Shown here: piece after piece, positions 47,875 through 61,609 of the stretch
How the letters are laid out: every line of letters begins with the position of its first letter
How positions within the stretch are numbered: the stretch's first letter is position 1
Source of the DNA: Azolla caroliniana
Lineage: Eukaryota > Plantae > Polypodiophyta
Length of the DNA: 64,000 nucleotides
Direction: 5' to 3'
NCBI GenBank assembly: GCA_043228905.1
Contig: JBHGNT010000012.1
Location: forward strand, 19,778,001-19,842,000
The notes under the pieces: model-generated
What the model was told of the DNA's origin: nothing
What the model saw: only the letters and a program-made list of their open reading frames with translations
Database searches by the model: none
Made by a program: the position numbers and the translations under genes

Positions 47875-49955
47875 TGTTGAGCAAACAAGCTCAACTGGAT
47901 CCGGATCGGAGAACCGGATAGGTGGCCGGATCGGTATCCGACACCTAGAGCCGGACCAGAGAACCGGATCGTACTTCGAAATAGTGAGAACCGATAGGCC
48001 GTTGGAGCGTAGGGTCCAAGCCTAGTACGTTGGCATATTCCCTGGAGTTAGTGAAGTCGCTCATATGAGCATTGAAGTACTTGTTAGTACTTCTGTCAGT
48101 CCTTTTAAGGACTTGTATAAAAAGTGTTCTGTAGGACATTTGTATGTACACTCTGTTATTATTTGGAATTGAGTTTATGCTATACCGCTCTCTCTATCTC
48201 TCCCGTGTACTATGTATTCTTAAGCTTCCATCAAAACTTCATTTTTGTTTTCCTATTATTATCCGGCTGAGTCGGTTTATCTAAGCTTCCACATATTAAC
48301 TTTTACATGGTATTAGAACATGGTATCTAAGCTTGACTTAATACATTTAGATGTACTATTAGTCTTGGTGGGAGCCGATACTTCGTCTCCTTCATCGTCA
48401 ACTATAGCTGTCACACGTGGATCTATCTCATCGAGAAGGAAAATGAGATCTTCGACTATTTCCGGAACCTGCAAAGTCTTGTCAAACGAGATACGGAGAG
48501 AAAGATCAAGTGCCTGCAGTCGGATGGTGGAAAAGAATACTTTTCTGGCCAATTCAACACTTATTTGCAACAGAAAGGAATTTAGACAGAATTCAGCTAT
48601 AGATACACACCGGAACAAAACGGTGTGGCCGAAAGAAAGAACTAGTCTATTGTGGAGGCTGCACGGGCAATGCTGGAAGAGAAGAGCATGCCCAAGTTAT
48701 ACTGGGCCGAAACGGTCTGGATGACCGTCTACATCCAAAATGGGATCGGGGAGAAGGCGTCAGCACACGAGTTGTATTTCGGGTGGAAGCCGAAATTAAG
48801 GCATGTTAGGATATTCGGTAGCATAACATATGTGCATGTGCCGGATGAGAAACGGAGGAAGTTGGACCCGAAGTCAGAGAAGTGCATTTTGGACAGCTAC
48901 TCACATGAGCAGAAGGGGTATAAGTGCTACAACTCCCGAACCAAGCAAGTACGAGTAAGCCGAGATGTCGAATTGAACGAGTCGGCATCTTGACACTCTC
49001 TACCGACTCTGACTTGATTCCGGAAGATGAGGTTAGTGAGCCCGAAATGATCTGGGTAGAAGATGAAGGTTTTGGTACTCTGGACGAGAGTCCGATCTCA
49101 TTTCTGTGGGCCAAATGAGCGATTGAGTCAGAATGACCAGTTAGCTGAAGAGCTGGCGAGTAGTGGAGACTCGGTTGTGCTCTCCCCGCGCAAGGAACCG
49201 AGGAGACGGTTCATGTGCAAAGAAAAGGGGAAGAACAAGACGTTGGAATATGACACCGGAAGAGAAGAGTCTGATCCAAGGGAATCCGACTTTGGCGATG
49301 GAGCTTTGGGAACGAGGTGCGAATCGGCCAAGAGGTCCTTGCAATCAGCGAACGCGAAGTTACACTGCTCGACCTGCGAGAAGAACCTCTTAAAAAGGTA
49401 CGAATATAATGAGTACATGGCACATCACTATTCGTACATGACGAAAGTGGTAGAGGTGTGTGAGCTGGAGAGCTATGCCGAAGCAGGAAGGGATGCGCAT
49501 TGGTGTGCCGCAATGTAGGAAGAGATGCGGGCACTTGATGCCAACGACACATGGGACCTGGTTGACCTTCCCCGACATTGCAAAATGATCAGTTGCAAGT
49601 GGGTGTACAAGGTAAAGTATAATGCTGATGGTTCGGTCAACTGGTACAAGGCCCTATTAGTGGCCGAAGGATATGCGTACACAGAATCGACTACGATGAG
49701 ACCTTCACTCTAGTACCGAAGATGACGACGGTTTGTGTGGTGCTAGTGGTTGCTGCGGAAGGGGATGACATCTTCACCAAATGGACATGAAGAATGTGTT
49801 TCTTCAAGGTGATCTTGAAGAACACATCTACATGATCCAACCCCCCGGATTTCAGTCGAAGATGAACAAGTCGGCAGTGTGTTGACTCAAGAAGTCGCTT
49901 TACGGCCTGAAGCAAGCCACCCATGCTTGGAATTCAAAGATCATGGACCGATTGT
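47875..49955 (+). mobile_element. Decayed copia: 5' LTR 47875-48307, PBS, gag-deleted interior with IN and partial RT
   Basis: TGTTGAG...TTTACA LTR followed by TGGTATTAGAAC (iMet-like PBS). The sequence jumps directly to integrase (KLDLIH, PEQNGVAE) and RT (CKWVYKVKY). Confidence 0.85.
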
Positions 49956-52727
49956 GTAATCTCCGAAAGGAAGGAATACGACCAGAATTCTCGTGTTGAC
50001 ATACACCTCAGCAAAACAGTGTAGCTGAACGAAAGAATCGGCACATAGTAGAGGTTGCACGGGTAATAATGAATGAGAAGAACTTGCGGAAATGTATTAG
50101 GCAGAAGCGGCCAACACGGCCGTATATCTCATGAACAAGTGTACAACCTCTGGGGTACACGACATAACCCCTCATGAGAGGTTTTTTGGAAAGAAGCCGG
50201 ATTTATCTCATGTTTGGATTTTTGGCTCAATCGCCTACGTGCATATTCCCGACGAGACGCGACAAAAGCTCGACCCGAAGTAAGAGAAATGTATCCTTGT
50301 AGGGTACTCGCTCAAATAGAAGGGGTACAAATGCTACAACCCATCTACCCAAAAAGCTCGAGTAAGTCAAGATGTTGTTTTCGACAAGTCAACATCCTGG
50401 TACGATCCAGAGATGACTCCGATTTCTACTCCAATTGACCTGTAATCGGCCGAACGAGAGATAGAAGACGAATTTCGACTCAGACACATGTTCGAAGAAA
50501 GTCTGATTACGACAAGGCTTAGTGGACCACGGGAGCCCCCGGTGACCAAAGCACATCTCGGCCGAGTCCGAAACTCGACAAATGGAAGCCCAAGATGTCC
50601 AAATACGAAGATCCAATCGACAACGAGGCAACTCACTCCCTTGATAGTGAGTTCGAAGGCGTGGACATCCCGATCATCCAAACGAATGGAGCGAAGAAAT
50701 CATTAGTCTCCGTGAACGAGAAGCTACGTTGGTCCACCTGTGGAAAGAACCCTGTAAGTCGATTCGGCTACGCCATGGCGTATCATTACGCCTTCATGTT
50801 GGAGGTAGCAACTGTCCAAGAGCCGGAAAAACTTTCTAAATCCGTGAAAGACCCACGATGGGTGGACGCGATGAATGGAGAAATGCAGGCCTTGTGCAAA
50901 AACGGGATGTGGAATCTTGTTCCCCATTCACCTCATTGGAAAACAATTGGTTACAAATAGATCTATAAGGTCAAATACAATGCTGATGGCTCCGTAAATT
51001 GCTTCAAAGCACAACTCGTGCAAAAAGATACACACAAATGCATGGAGTCGGTTACGAGGAGACCTTTGCCTTGGTGGCAAAGATGATGACTCTACAACTG
51101 TAATTGCACTCGTAGCTGCGAAAGGGTGGCATCTCCACCAGATGGACGTAAAGAACGCATTCCTACAAGGAGAATTAGAAGAGGAGGTGTACATGATACA
51201 ACCACCTGGCTTCGAATTGTGTACTCATCCGAAAGCCATGTGCCGACTCAAGAAGCCGATCTACGGCCTCAAGAAAGCACCGTGTGCTTGGCATTCAAAG
51301 ATCACTTAGTATCTTCACCAAATCGAGTCTCGAATGTCGAAATCGGACAACTCCTTGTACATCCGAAATGAGCCGAACAATCTGATTGCCATTATCCTAT
51401 GCGTGGATGATCTAGTTATCAGAGGAAAGGATCTCGCCGAGATTATTAAGGTCAAATCTCTCCTATTTGGCAGATTCGAAATGAAAGACATGCACGAGCT
51501 CCATTACTTCGTTGGCATCAAAGTAATTTGAACACCAGTCGGGATATTGATCTCTCAACGGCACTACGTTCTCACCCTACTCCACAAGTTCGGAATGACC
51601 GAGTGCAAACCCATCTCTACCCCTCTCGACCGGAATCTCAAGCTCAATGTCGATTCGGGCACAACCAAGTGCGATCCAACTTAGTATCGACAACTAATCG
51701 ACAACCTGATTTATCTAACCATCAGACGAACCGACCTTAGCTATTAAGTCGGCCTACTTAGCCAATTTATGCAGAACCCACGAAATGATCATCTCGATTG
51801 CGCTAAGAGGATACTTCGGTATGTTAGTAAGACGATGGATTATGGCATCATGTATAAGTCAAATACACTTATTCGACTCAAAGGGTACATGGATGCAGAC
51901 TAGGCCGGTTATAAGGCCAATAGATGATCCACTTCCGGATTCATTTTCTTCCTCGGTAGAGGAGCGATCTCCTAAAGTAGTAAGAAGCAACCGATTGTCG
52001 CACTATCGAGCACGGAGGCTGAATACAGGGGTGCAACAGCCGCCGCGTGCGAAGCTGTTTGGCTCCAACACATCGTGAAGGACCTGGGTGTTCCCATTAC
52101 GGATCCAATTCGCCTCTTCTGCGACAACATGAGCAGTATCTACCTTGCTCGGAACCCGGTATTCCACGCGCGGACTAAACACATCGAAGTGCACTACCAC
52201 TTCATTCGCTAGCGCGATCAGGCCAACGAAATCGATCTCCAACACATCAATACAAACCTTCAAATTGCTGAGATCCTTATGAAGGCCTTAGGAGTCAACC
52301 AGCTCGGGCAATTCGTATTGGGCCTTGGTCTCGCAATCTCTACATTGCCAGTCTTGAGGGGGAGTACAGAAGGTGACATGGAAGCAACCGACCAAAGGAG
52401 TTGAAGTACGACGAACAACGAGCATGAAGCCGAAAAGCCGAACAACCAAGTTCGAAGATTTCGAAAGCCGAAAGCCGATTCATCTAAATCGAAGTATTCC
52501 GAAGACCGAACCGAAATAACTTTTCGACATACGGAAGTTGTGTTCGAAGGGGCGTGTTGAGAATTGAACTCAACTTCCCATAGAGAGAGTGTTCACACTA
52601 GTCCGTGGACATCATACTAGGACTTTTTTGTAATTAGTAGAAAGGGCATTTACCCTAGACTAGTTGGTATTTAAACCAACCTCTTGTAACCTAGTTACTA
52701 TTGGATGTAATATATAGTTTCTTGTTT

Positions 52728-52772
<45 letters not shown>

Positions 52773-55700
52773 CATTTCCTCTCTTGTCTCATGTTGTCGC
52801 GTGGTGTGTGACACATGTGCCAAACGTCGGGATGTGCGTGTCACAAACGTTGACAAGCACCAGGCCTCTATCCGCTAGAGGTTATAGAGGATCGATGATG
52901 GGATTTCTGCGCCTACGGGTTGGTCCAACGGGACCACCGAGGTCTTTGACCGGGGGGAACAAATCGGGTGAGTTGTGCTTGCAAGGAGTTGTGCTTATCG
53001 TTGGGTCATCCTTTGTTGTCGAAGACGCACCCGAACCCGACTCAACGGTGTGGTGGATTGATGTGTAGGCGGCCGAAGTGATGTACTAATGTGGTTGAGA
53101 GTGAGAGAGAGAGAAAAGAAAATTGAGGAAGTTTTTAAGATAGATAAATAGATGAATTGAAATTCCAATTCCGGGTTTGAACCCTTGACTTCAATTTAGA
53201 GAAACAAGACACATTGCCAATGAGATAACTAAGATTTATTAATTATTATTGATTGCATACATTCCTTGCCTTCCCCATAGATTGATTGATTCCCCTCTTA
53301 TATAGATGCCCCCATGTATATGTGCATGTGAGGGTGTAAGACATGCATGGAATGCATGAGATGCATGATTGCTATTTGGCGCTCATGTATCACATGTGAT
53401 GCATGATGATCATGTACCTCATCCAAGCTCTTATGTATAAGCATTCACATGTAAAATGTACAATAAAACAAATAAGGAAATAACCTAGTCTAATGGTATA
53501 TCAATTGCCTCTTAACTTAGAGGCGTAAGGTTCAAAACTTTACTTGCATGTCATTGTATGCCACTAGGCCTTAAGCTTATTTTTATATTTCGTGTAATGA
53601 ACACCTAAACACACATCGCACGTGCACATTAACCATCACCCCTTTTATACATGTGCATATTGCACCTTCCCGGTTTTCCCCGTTTCACTTGACTTTCACA
53701 TCTTTGCCAAAAATCTCCACAACATCCACCCCCACCAAAGCTTATTGCAACTTCTCGGTTTTCCCCGTTTCACTTGACTTTCACACCGTTGCCGAAAATC
53801 TCCATGACAGCCACCCCCACCAAACCACACGTCCTTTGGTATGTGCCAAGGAAAAAGTGTGAGATTTCGGCTACGGTGTGAGATTTCTCCATGTCCTCGT
53901 TGACCTCGCTCACGTTTGTGGGTTCCGCCTTACTATCTTCATTGTTGAGTTCATCGAGCTCGGGACCCTCACCTTGTCTTTTCTTGAAGATTTTTACTCT
54001 TTTCCCCGTAATGGGTATGGCTAACCTAATCCATCTAGCTCCATATACAATCCGAATCACCTTCTTTGATCCTCTTGGGGCGTAGTTGATGTGTCTTGTC
54101 GAACTAAATCCAAAAACCGGGTGCTTCTTCTAATTAGCCAATCTTTTTCTTTGAGATGAGAGATGGAAATGTTGGCAATACAACCTCCTCTGTTTAGTTG
54201 GACATCCCACCATCTTGATGCATCATTCCCTTCCTTCCCATGGGTAGTACTCACAATCACTTCTTTCCTTTCTTCTTTATAGGTAATAACCATCCATTTT
54301 ACCATAACATTGTCTTCTTCGATACCATCCTCAATGTTAATTATACTTACATCATTATAATCATCCTTTGAGTTAACTACATCTTTAATCACCAAATCAT
54401 TTATCACGGGATAACCATCATATTCAATATCATTTACCCTAAACTGATCCTTTCCACACACACTCACAACACCAACATTATCATTAGACACATCCCAAAC
54501 CATCCTAACATTTTGCAGATTATCCTCAATACTATCAACCTTAATCCTGTCCTTCCCACACATACTCACAACATCAACATCATCATGATACTCATTCAAA
54601 ATAACATTTTCTAGATTTTCCTTACTTATACCCTTGTGATCATTATGTAACCCCACATCATCATGGAAATATTTTTGTAGAACGTCCTCATCATCACAAA
54701 TCCCTATTCTATTTTCATAATGGATGTCCTCATGAATGTCACCATTTGATCTAGTGACACTCTTATAAGATCTATCCCAAAGAAAACCAAGGCAACCTAA
54801 AACACACAATTCCTCTTCGTCACTCTCACCCTCATCATTCCCCTGATCATAACCATATCCACAAAAAGTGCACAACTATTTACCATCATAACCCTCATTC
54901 TTCTCATGGCACTCTCTCTCACCATCAAGAATACACTCTCCCTTACTATCATCAAGCCCTAAATCATCACCGTCATTACCTTTAAATGTAAAGTTTTTGT
55001 CCCTTCCTAACTTCTTCTCTTGTTCCTGGCTCTCATTAAAGCTATCATACTTGTCATAAAAATTTAAACCATGAGAGTCTTGATCCCAACTACACTCACC
55101 GTCACGACTTTCATCAAGTGCTTTTTCATTAGCACAACCATGAAGAGCTGGACATCGATTCCTCCTCTTGTGTTTGCAGTAATCTTTGTCATGATCATAA
55201 CCTTGTAGATCTCGAGTACTCTTTGTGAGTTTGTAATGATCTTTGTCTTAAATTGTCATAACCGTGTAGATCTTGATCTTTCTCCTCAAGCCCACGTTCT
55301 TTGTCACATGTATCTTCATGATTGCATCCTTGAGTATCTTGGTCTTTCACCTTGAGCCCATGTTCTTCCTCACATGTCTCTTCACGACCACATCCTCGAG
55401 TGTCTTGGTCATTCCCCTCGAACTAATGTTCTTCATTACTTGTCTCTTTATGACCGCATCCTTCTCGATCTTCCTTCTTGAGTCCATGTTCTTCATCACA
55501 TCTCTTTTCGCGATTGTATCCTTGAGTATCTTCAGGTCCATCCACTCCATCCCACATGCTTCGTCACATGTCTCTCCTTTGTCGAGTTTGCAACGATCCT
55601 CGTAACAACCATAGGCATATCGATCTCAATCAATCCCTTTAAGACCATGATCTTTGTTACATGCCTCTTCAAGACCGCAACCATGAATATATCGATTTGT

Positions 55701-57084
55701 CTTGTCAAGCCCATGCTCTTCTCCACGACTGTATCCTCGAATATCTTCATCTTTCCTTACGCAGCCACATTCTTCGTTGAAAGTCTCTTCATGACAATAA
55801 TCGCGAACATCTTCATCATCTTCGTCATTGTTGAGTAAACCACGAAAAGGTTGAGGCCCGAATCTTGACGTCAAAACCGCTTCGTACCAATCCAAAACTT
55901 CTTGATATAGTCTTTCGACTTGCCTTGCCAACTTGAGATACTCCAACGCTCTATCCTTATCATCATGCAACATCATTTCGATGGCCTTCCTTACATATGG
56001 AAGCATCATGAACCTCGGACCACCTTCTATTCTTATCGACTCCTCTAACTGGTATGCTTCCAAGATCACACCCACCATTCGTGATGCCCCCATTACCACC
56101 TTGTGTTGTTCACGTCAGGTTCACCAAATAGATGTTGCGTGGCGCATGACACACGTGCCAAACGTCAGGATGTGCGTGTCACAAACGCGGACAACCATCG
56201 GGCCTCTATCCGCTAGAGGTTATGGAGGATTGATGATGGGATTTCTACGCCTACGGGTCGGTCCAACCGGACCACCGAGGCCTTTGACCAGGGGAACAAA
56301 TCGGGTGAGTTGTGCTTGCAAGGAGTTGTGCTTATCCTCGGGTCGTCCTTTGTTGTCGAAGACGCACCCCGACCCGACTCAACGGTGTGGTGGAGTGATG
56401 TGTAGGCGACTGAAGTGACGCACTAATGTGGTTGAGAGTGAGAGAGAGAGAAAAGAAAATTGAGGAAGTGTTTAAGATAGATAGATAGATAGACGAATCG
56501 AAATTCCAATTCCGGGTTTGAACCCTTGACTTCAATTTAGAGAAACAAGACACATTGCCAATGAGATAACTAAGATTTATTAATTATTATTGATTGCATA
56601 CATTCCTTGCCTCCCCCATAGATTGATTAGCCCCTCTTATCTAGATGCCCCCATGCATATGTTCATGTGAGGGTGTAAGACATGCATGGAATGCATGCGA
56701 TGCATGATTGCCATTTGGCACTCATGCATCATATATGATGCATGATGATCATGTACCTCATCCAAGCTCTCATGTATATATATCTAGTTTAATGGTATGT
56801 CAATTGCTTCTTAACTTAGAGGTGTAAGGTTCAAAACTCTACTTGCACCTCATTGTATGCCACTAGGCCCTAAACTTATTTTTATATTTCGTGTAATGAA
56901 CACCTAAACACACATCGCACGTGCACATTAACCATCACCCCTTTTATACATGTGCATATTGCACCTTCTCGGTTTTCCTCGTTTCACTCGACTTTCACAC
57001 TGTTGCCGAAAATCTCCACGACATCGTGCACATAAACACACACACAGTCCTTCAGCTGCACAGAATCACACTTGATTCTTTACA
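49956..57084 (+). mobile_element. Second decayed copia 3' half (IN-RT-RH, PPT, 3' LTR 52555-57084 split by a nested element)
   Basis: Integrase restarts at ~49960; RT and RH remnants run to ~52360; GAAGGGGCG|TGTTGAG at 52555. The LTR tail resumes at 57024 and ends GATTCTTTACA, matching the end of the 43948-44412 LTR. Confidence 0.8.
52795..57023 (-). mobile_element. Non-autonomous LTR element without pol, tRNA-Trp PBS
   Basis: Direct repeats 52795-53809 and 56133-57023 (TG...CA). PBS TGGTGAACCTGACGTG (complement at 56111-56126). PPT-like GGTGGGGGTGG next to 53809. The interior is a broken acidic ORF with ~60-bp tandem repeats. Confidence 0.85.
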
Positions 57085-57629
57085 CTTTTCTTATTTCTTC
57101 GTCGACACTTTCTTCTTGTTCTTCTCTTTTCTCTATCGTTGCCCTTCTCTTCGTCTCTTTTCTCTCTCCGGCCAATCGTCGGACCTTCTGTCCGCCGTCT
57201 CTCTGTCGACCGTCGTTGTCCGGTGGTTGTCCAACGACCGGTTGTGGGACCCTTTGCTCAACGTTCATCACTGTCTGTCCAGCTGGCAAAAACTGTCTTG
57301 CACTCGCACAACAATAATTCCTCATCATCCAATTTTTTTTCAAATCTCATCTTTGCGTAGACACGCAAAAACTCACGAAATGTTGCACATGTCTGATCAT
57401 CATGAGGAGTGTGAACCATGGCTGAAAGGGCAAAAAGCCATACTGCATTTCTGTAAGATAGCCATGGCACATGATACCGAAATAGAGTTGCTCTTGAAAC
57501 TTCATCCAATCTCAACACCATTTTCATTCTTAGCTTCTGGGATCTCATCTTCATCTATAGAACAACAACTTACTCTAAAGACATCATCATCATGACTGTT
57601 CGACGAACAAAACATTACAACACATTTTA

Positions 57630-60600
57630 AAGAAGATTGTCAACAAAAATTGCACGGATTGGGATACAAAGCTTTAAAGCGCCTTATTGGCATACCGAAC
57701 AAGTTTTGAAACCAGTAACCAGACCACCCCATTCTGATTAGCCTTTGGACTCGAAGCCATAATGCTTGTCGAGTTCCAAGTTCTGAGCTTGCAGATACAG
57801 ATCCGGGAACGCCTTCCCGAAAAACAGTCAAAACAACAACAATTGTGTTAGGTCTCAGGAATAGATTGCAACAGCTCTTCGAACTCGACGAAGACAAGGT
57901 GTTGAGCATGGTGGTCCTGGAACAGGAGCAACGCCGTTGAAAGGCGTTCGTTGATCGGCATCGAGGGGGTAATGAGAAATTTTTCGAGATAGGAAAGGTC
58001 GTACTCGTGTTCCAAACACACATGGGAAAAATGTCAGGAACACTCCAATTTTGATGGACAGTGCCGTATTGGATAATCGGTGTTGAAAACAGTATGTTCG
58101 AGTTGCACTCTCACCGGGGAAGTTTTACGGCAAAAGGTTAACGGCTTCCAACTCAAGCCATACTGGGGACCCACACCGCCGAGCCCTTTCAGAAACGCCG
58201 TGAAATTAGTTGATGAAAACGTTGGCCCACTCCTTGTCAAAGCAATTTGGGGGGTTGGACCCATACCTCATTAATGCGACCCCACTCTATAATCATGTAC
58301 CATTAATGTATCATAGTAACAACCATTACTATTAGTGTGGAATGGAAAAAAAAGGGCATTCAGAACTATTTAAAGATCTTGCATGCAGACGCATATCCCA
58401 AGAAAGCAAGTACCACTTAGTCACATGCGTGCACAACATGGCTCGACAAATCTTGAACACTAACATCCCAACCTCACAAAAAGGGGATTTGAGCCATTTC
58501 TCTGCACATCGCAGAAGCTCTCATCACTCTCTTAGATCTCCTCACTCTCCGCGCTCCCAAAGACTCTCATACCCTCCTCGCTTCCTTCCCTCCGCCCACT
58601 CCCCTTGCTCTTCCCAGCACACAATCAACCCTTTTGCGCCTGGTGACACTGAGGAACCATGTTGATCGACATTTCACCTGCTCTCCAACGATGGCTCCAT
58701 GACCACAGCCTTGCGGGATATATCCGAGTGGCGGAAGAACCACCCCACCCCAACTCCCATGAAATGGTGACACAGATCAACATAGATACGATCACGAATG
58801 CCACGATCCGGAAAAAGCTGGGCCTAACCTTGAAAGGGGAACGCCACATCGAGATCCCTTCCACCAAGTTCCTTGAATGATACTTTGGCGAATACTCCCT
58901 CTTGACCAAAGCTTATAGGACACGGGACGCCCCTAATCCGTTCTTCTGAGAAATCGGGAAGTTGCTACTAGAGGTGGGATGCGTACAACCCAACGCATAT
59001 GGGATGTTGAGCCAGAAGGCCGGCATCATCATTTCAACTTTTGAAGGGCACAACGTTGGTTGGGCGTTATCACACGGTCATCCCTACGTGAAGGACTCCA
59101 CGCCTTCAAGGCGGGTAAAAAGATTTGCCCGATCATACAACAATATTTCACAATATTGTTTCCCCTACCGACTCTCCTAGCTCCGAGCGCAGCCCGCCCA
59201 TCGCCAGTTCCACATCAGCAGAATCGGTGGCTTGAAGAACTAACCACGACAGAATGGGAAGAGTAAGGCAACACCCGGGTCTCGGAGACCGTTGTCACAC
59301 GGAACAAGCAACAGTTCACCCCCGTCACAGACCAGGAAATGAACGAGCAACCAAGCAACCCCAAACCCAAGCGTTGTCAACTAGATCAAAAAGACAGTCG
59401 GGGTTTGGTAAAAGACACGGTTCAATCCACCCCCTAAGTATCCGCCAAGGCGGAACTTGCACAGGTGTTCGAAGAAAGTCTGCGGTCTCAATCGACCCTC
59501 ACCGGGAATACGGAGAGATGCAAGAGCCTCCTCACACATGATAATGTCATAATGGCATACCCGGAGATGCCAATCGTAGCCCGTGAATTCGGCACCTCCT
59601 TTAAAATCATGGAGTTCTTGGCGATGCAGCAAATCAAAGTCTCGCAAAGTATGCAGGAGGAACATGCGGAAAGGCAGTTGATTGAGCGAGCTCTGGTTGG
59701 TGTCATGGAAAGAGAAGATGAAGGCCAGGTGGGAATAGAGCTTCCATCATTGAACATTTCCTTAGTCAAGGTACATTGGGAGCTTGCCACAGTTCGACAC
59801 AGAGCGAATGATATGGTCTGTAAAAACAAGATCGTGAGGAAGGGCGAAAAATTAGCCAAGCAACAACTGGAAGAAGCCTAGAGGAAAATCACAGAGTTGG
59901 AGCACTACCTGCAGGAGCAAACTTCCTCACCGAATACCGCAACCTCAACCACACCCAAAATAAAAAGCCTTATCGAGGAGGTCAAACCTCAGACGGCAAT
60001 AGCGGCCAAAGCAAAAAAAGAGGCAGAAATCGCAAGGCACAAAATAGAGAGATAGATGTCCGGGTCAAGGCACAAAAGACCATTAAGACAATTCAAGACA
60101 AATTTGACGCCGAAATCACAATTCACAAATAGACAATCGAAGAGCTTGATAAGCAAAAGGAAGAAGTCGGTTGATCTGAAGGGATCATTGCGGCATTGTG
60201 AGAGGCCGCGCCGAAAATGCGCCAACGGTACAATGAGCAAATCGAGATCAAGCACCAAATGACGAGGGAAGTCGAAGTGCGATTAAATAATGAAATGGGT
60301 CAACTAGAGGCACTACACGACAAAGAATCTAAGCTCTGGCAGGAGGTAAAGTCGCGACTTGAAGCACAGGCGGCCTCCGACACACACACAAAAGCGCACC
60401 TCAAGATGGCCATCCAGGAGATGCGGACGCGCACGGAGATGAACATGGAGCGCATAAGGATCCTCCTAGAAACGAACCGCAATAGATTTATCCACCAATT
60501 TAAAGCGGCGCTGGACAGAGGATGGGTGGAATGGGCAACGCAGACTGCCGAGCTCCACACGTACCAGGTACAAAGATGGTAAGGGTTTCTACAAACTTAA

Positions 60601-61606
60601 CGAAGAAATCATTGTTATGGTCCGCAAGGACCTTACGCAGGATTATCAAGCCCTGGCCAATCACCACTTCGAGGAGATCACGCAATTGCTAGAGTTCAGA
60701 GACAACCAACTCGACACATCCCTCCAACTTTAGGCATAGGAAAACAAGCAAAGGCATGCAGAAGAAGGAAAAAGGGTGGCCGCCATCATACTCCACGACA
60801 ACGACTACAAGCTACTGGAAGACGAAGTCCCAAAGTTCACCACGACGCCGAACCCACCCACGGACACACATCCGGATTCGACCAGTGCCACAATGGTAGA
60901 TACGGCTGAAGGGCCTATGAAAGAAGCACCGCACGAAGAGCCGCCACAAGAAGCTGCACACCCGGAAGAAGGGTCGCAAGTAGAACGGACACCAACGACG
61001 GAACTGGCAGAAGAAGGCCCGCAAGAAGAACAGATGCAAGAGGCTGAACTAGGGCTAACCAAACCCACTGGCCCCCCCACACCAAAATCGTCAGAACATA
61101 CCGGACCCCCCTGAGCCTGAGATAATAGAGCCCGCGGCTATGACGCAAACCACGACACCCCCGGAACACCCATCGTAGTTCTCGCGGAGACGGAACGTCT
61201 GGAGCCGACCATTCTGGACATCCTTGACGACGTATGAAGGTCTTCTGTGGGTTCGACCGTGCAAGCACGGTCCCACAAGCGTGCCATGTGTTGGCCCCTC
61301 GGACGACCAAATGGGAAAGGTCGAGAAGGAGAAAGACAAAGGGATGGTTATGTCAAGTGAAGAAGACGATTGGGGCCGTAGCGTAGTGAAGAGGGAGTAA
61401 CAGCCGTAATGTAGGGACAACCAGAGCGTAGTTAAGGAAAGTAAAGATTCACGCACCGAGCGTAACCACCCATGACCCTGTATATAAAGGACATGGAAAA
61501 CTTGTAAAGAAAGCTAGCGATAATCTTGTGCTCAATATTTGGAATATAGTTTTTGATTTCTTGACTCTTTGTGTTTCCATGACTTTTGTATTTGTTTCAT
61601 GTTTTC
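57630..61606 (+). mobile_element. Decayed non-chromovirus gypsy (Athila/Tat-like) 3' part: integrase end, long extra ORF remnant, probable PPT and LTR
   Basis: DWDTKL.SALLAYRT...TPF.LAFGLEA and KVNGFQLKPY integrase motifs (57640-58170). Stop-riddled coiled-coil ORF at ~58640-61110. GAAGAGGGAG near 61388, followed by a TATA-containing segment. Confidence 0.65.
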
Positions 61607-61609
61607 ATG

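Noticed and set aside
52784-53068. Duplicated ORFs at 52784 and 55933 as a host gene pair
   Set aside because: They are the two LTR copies read in antisense.
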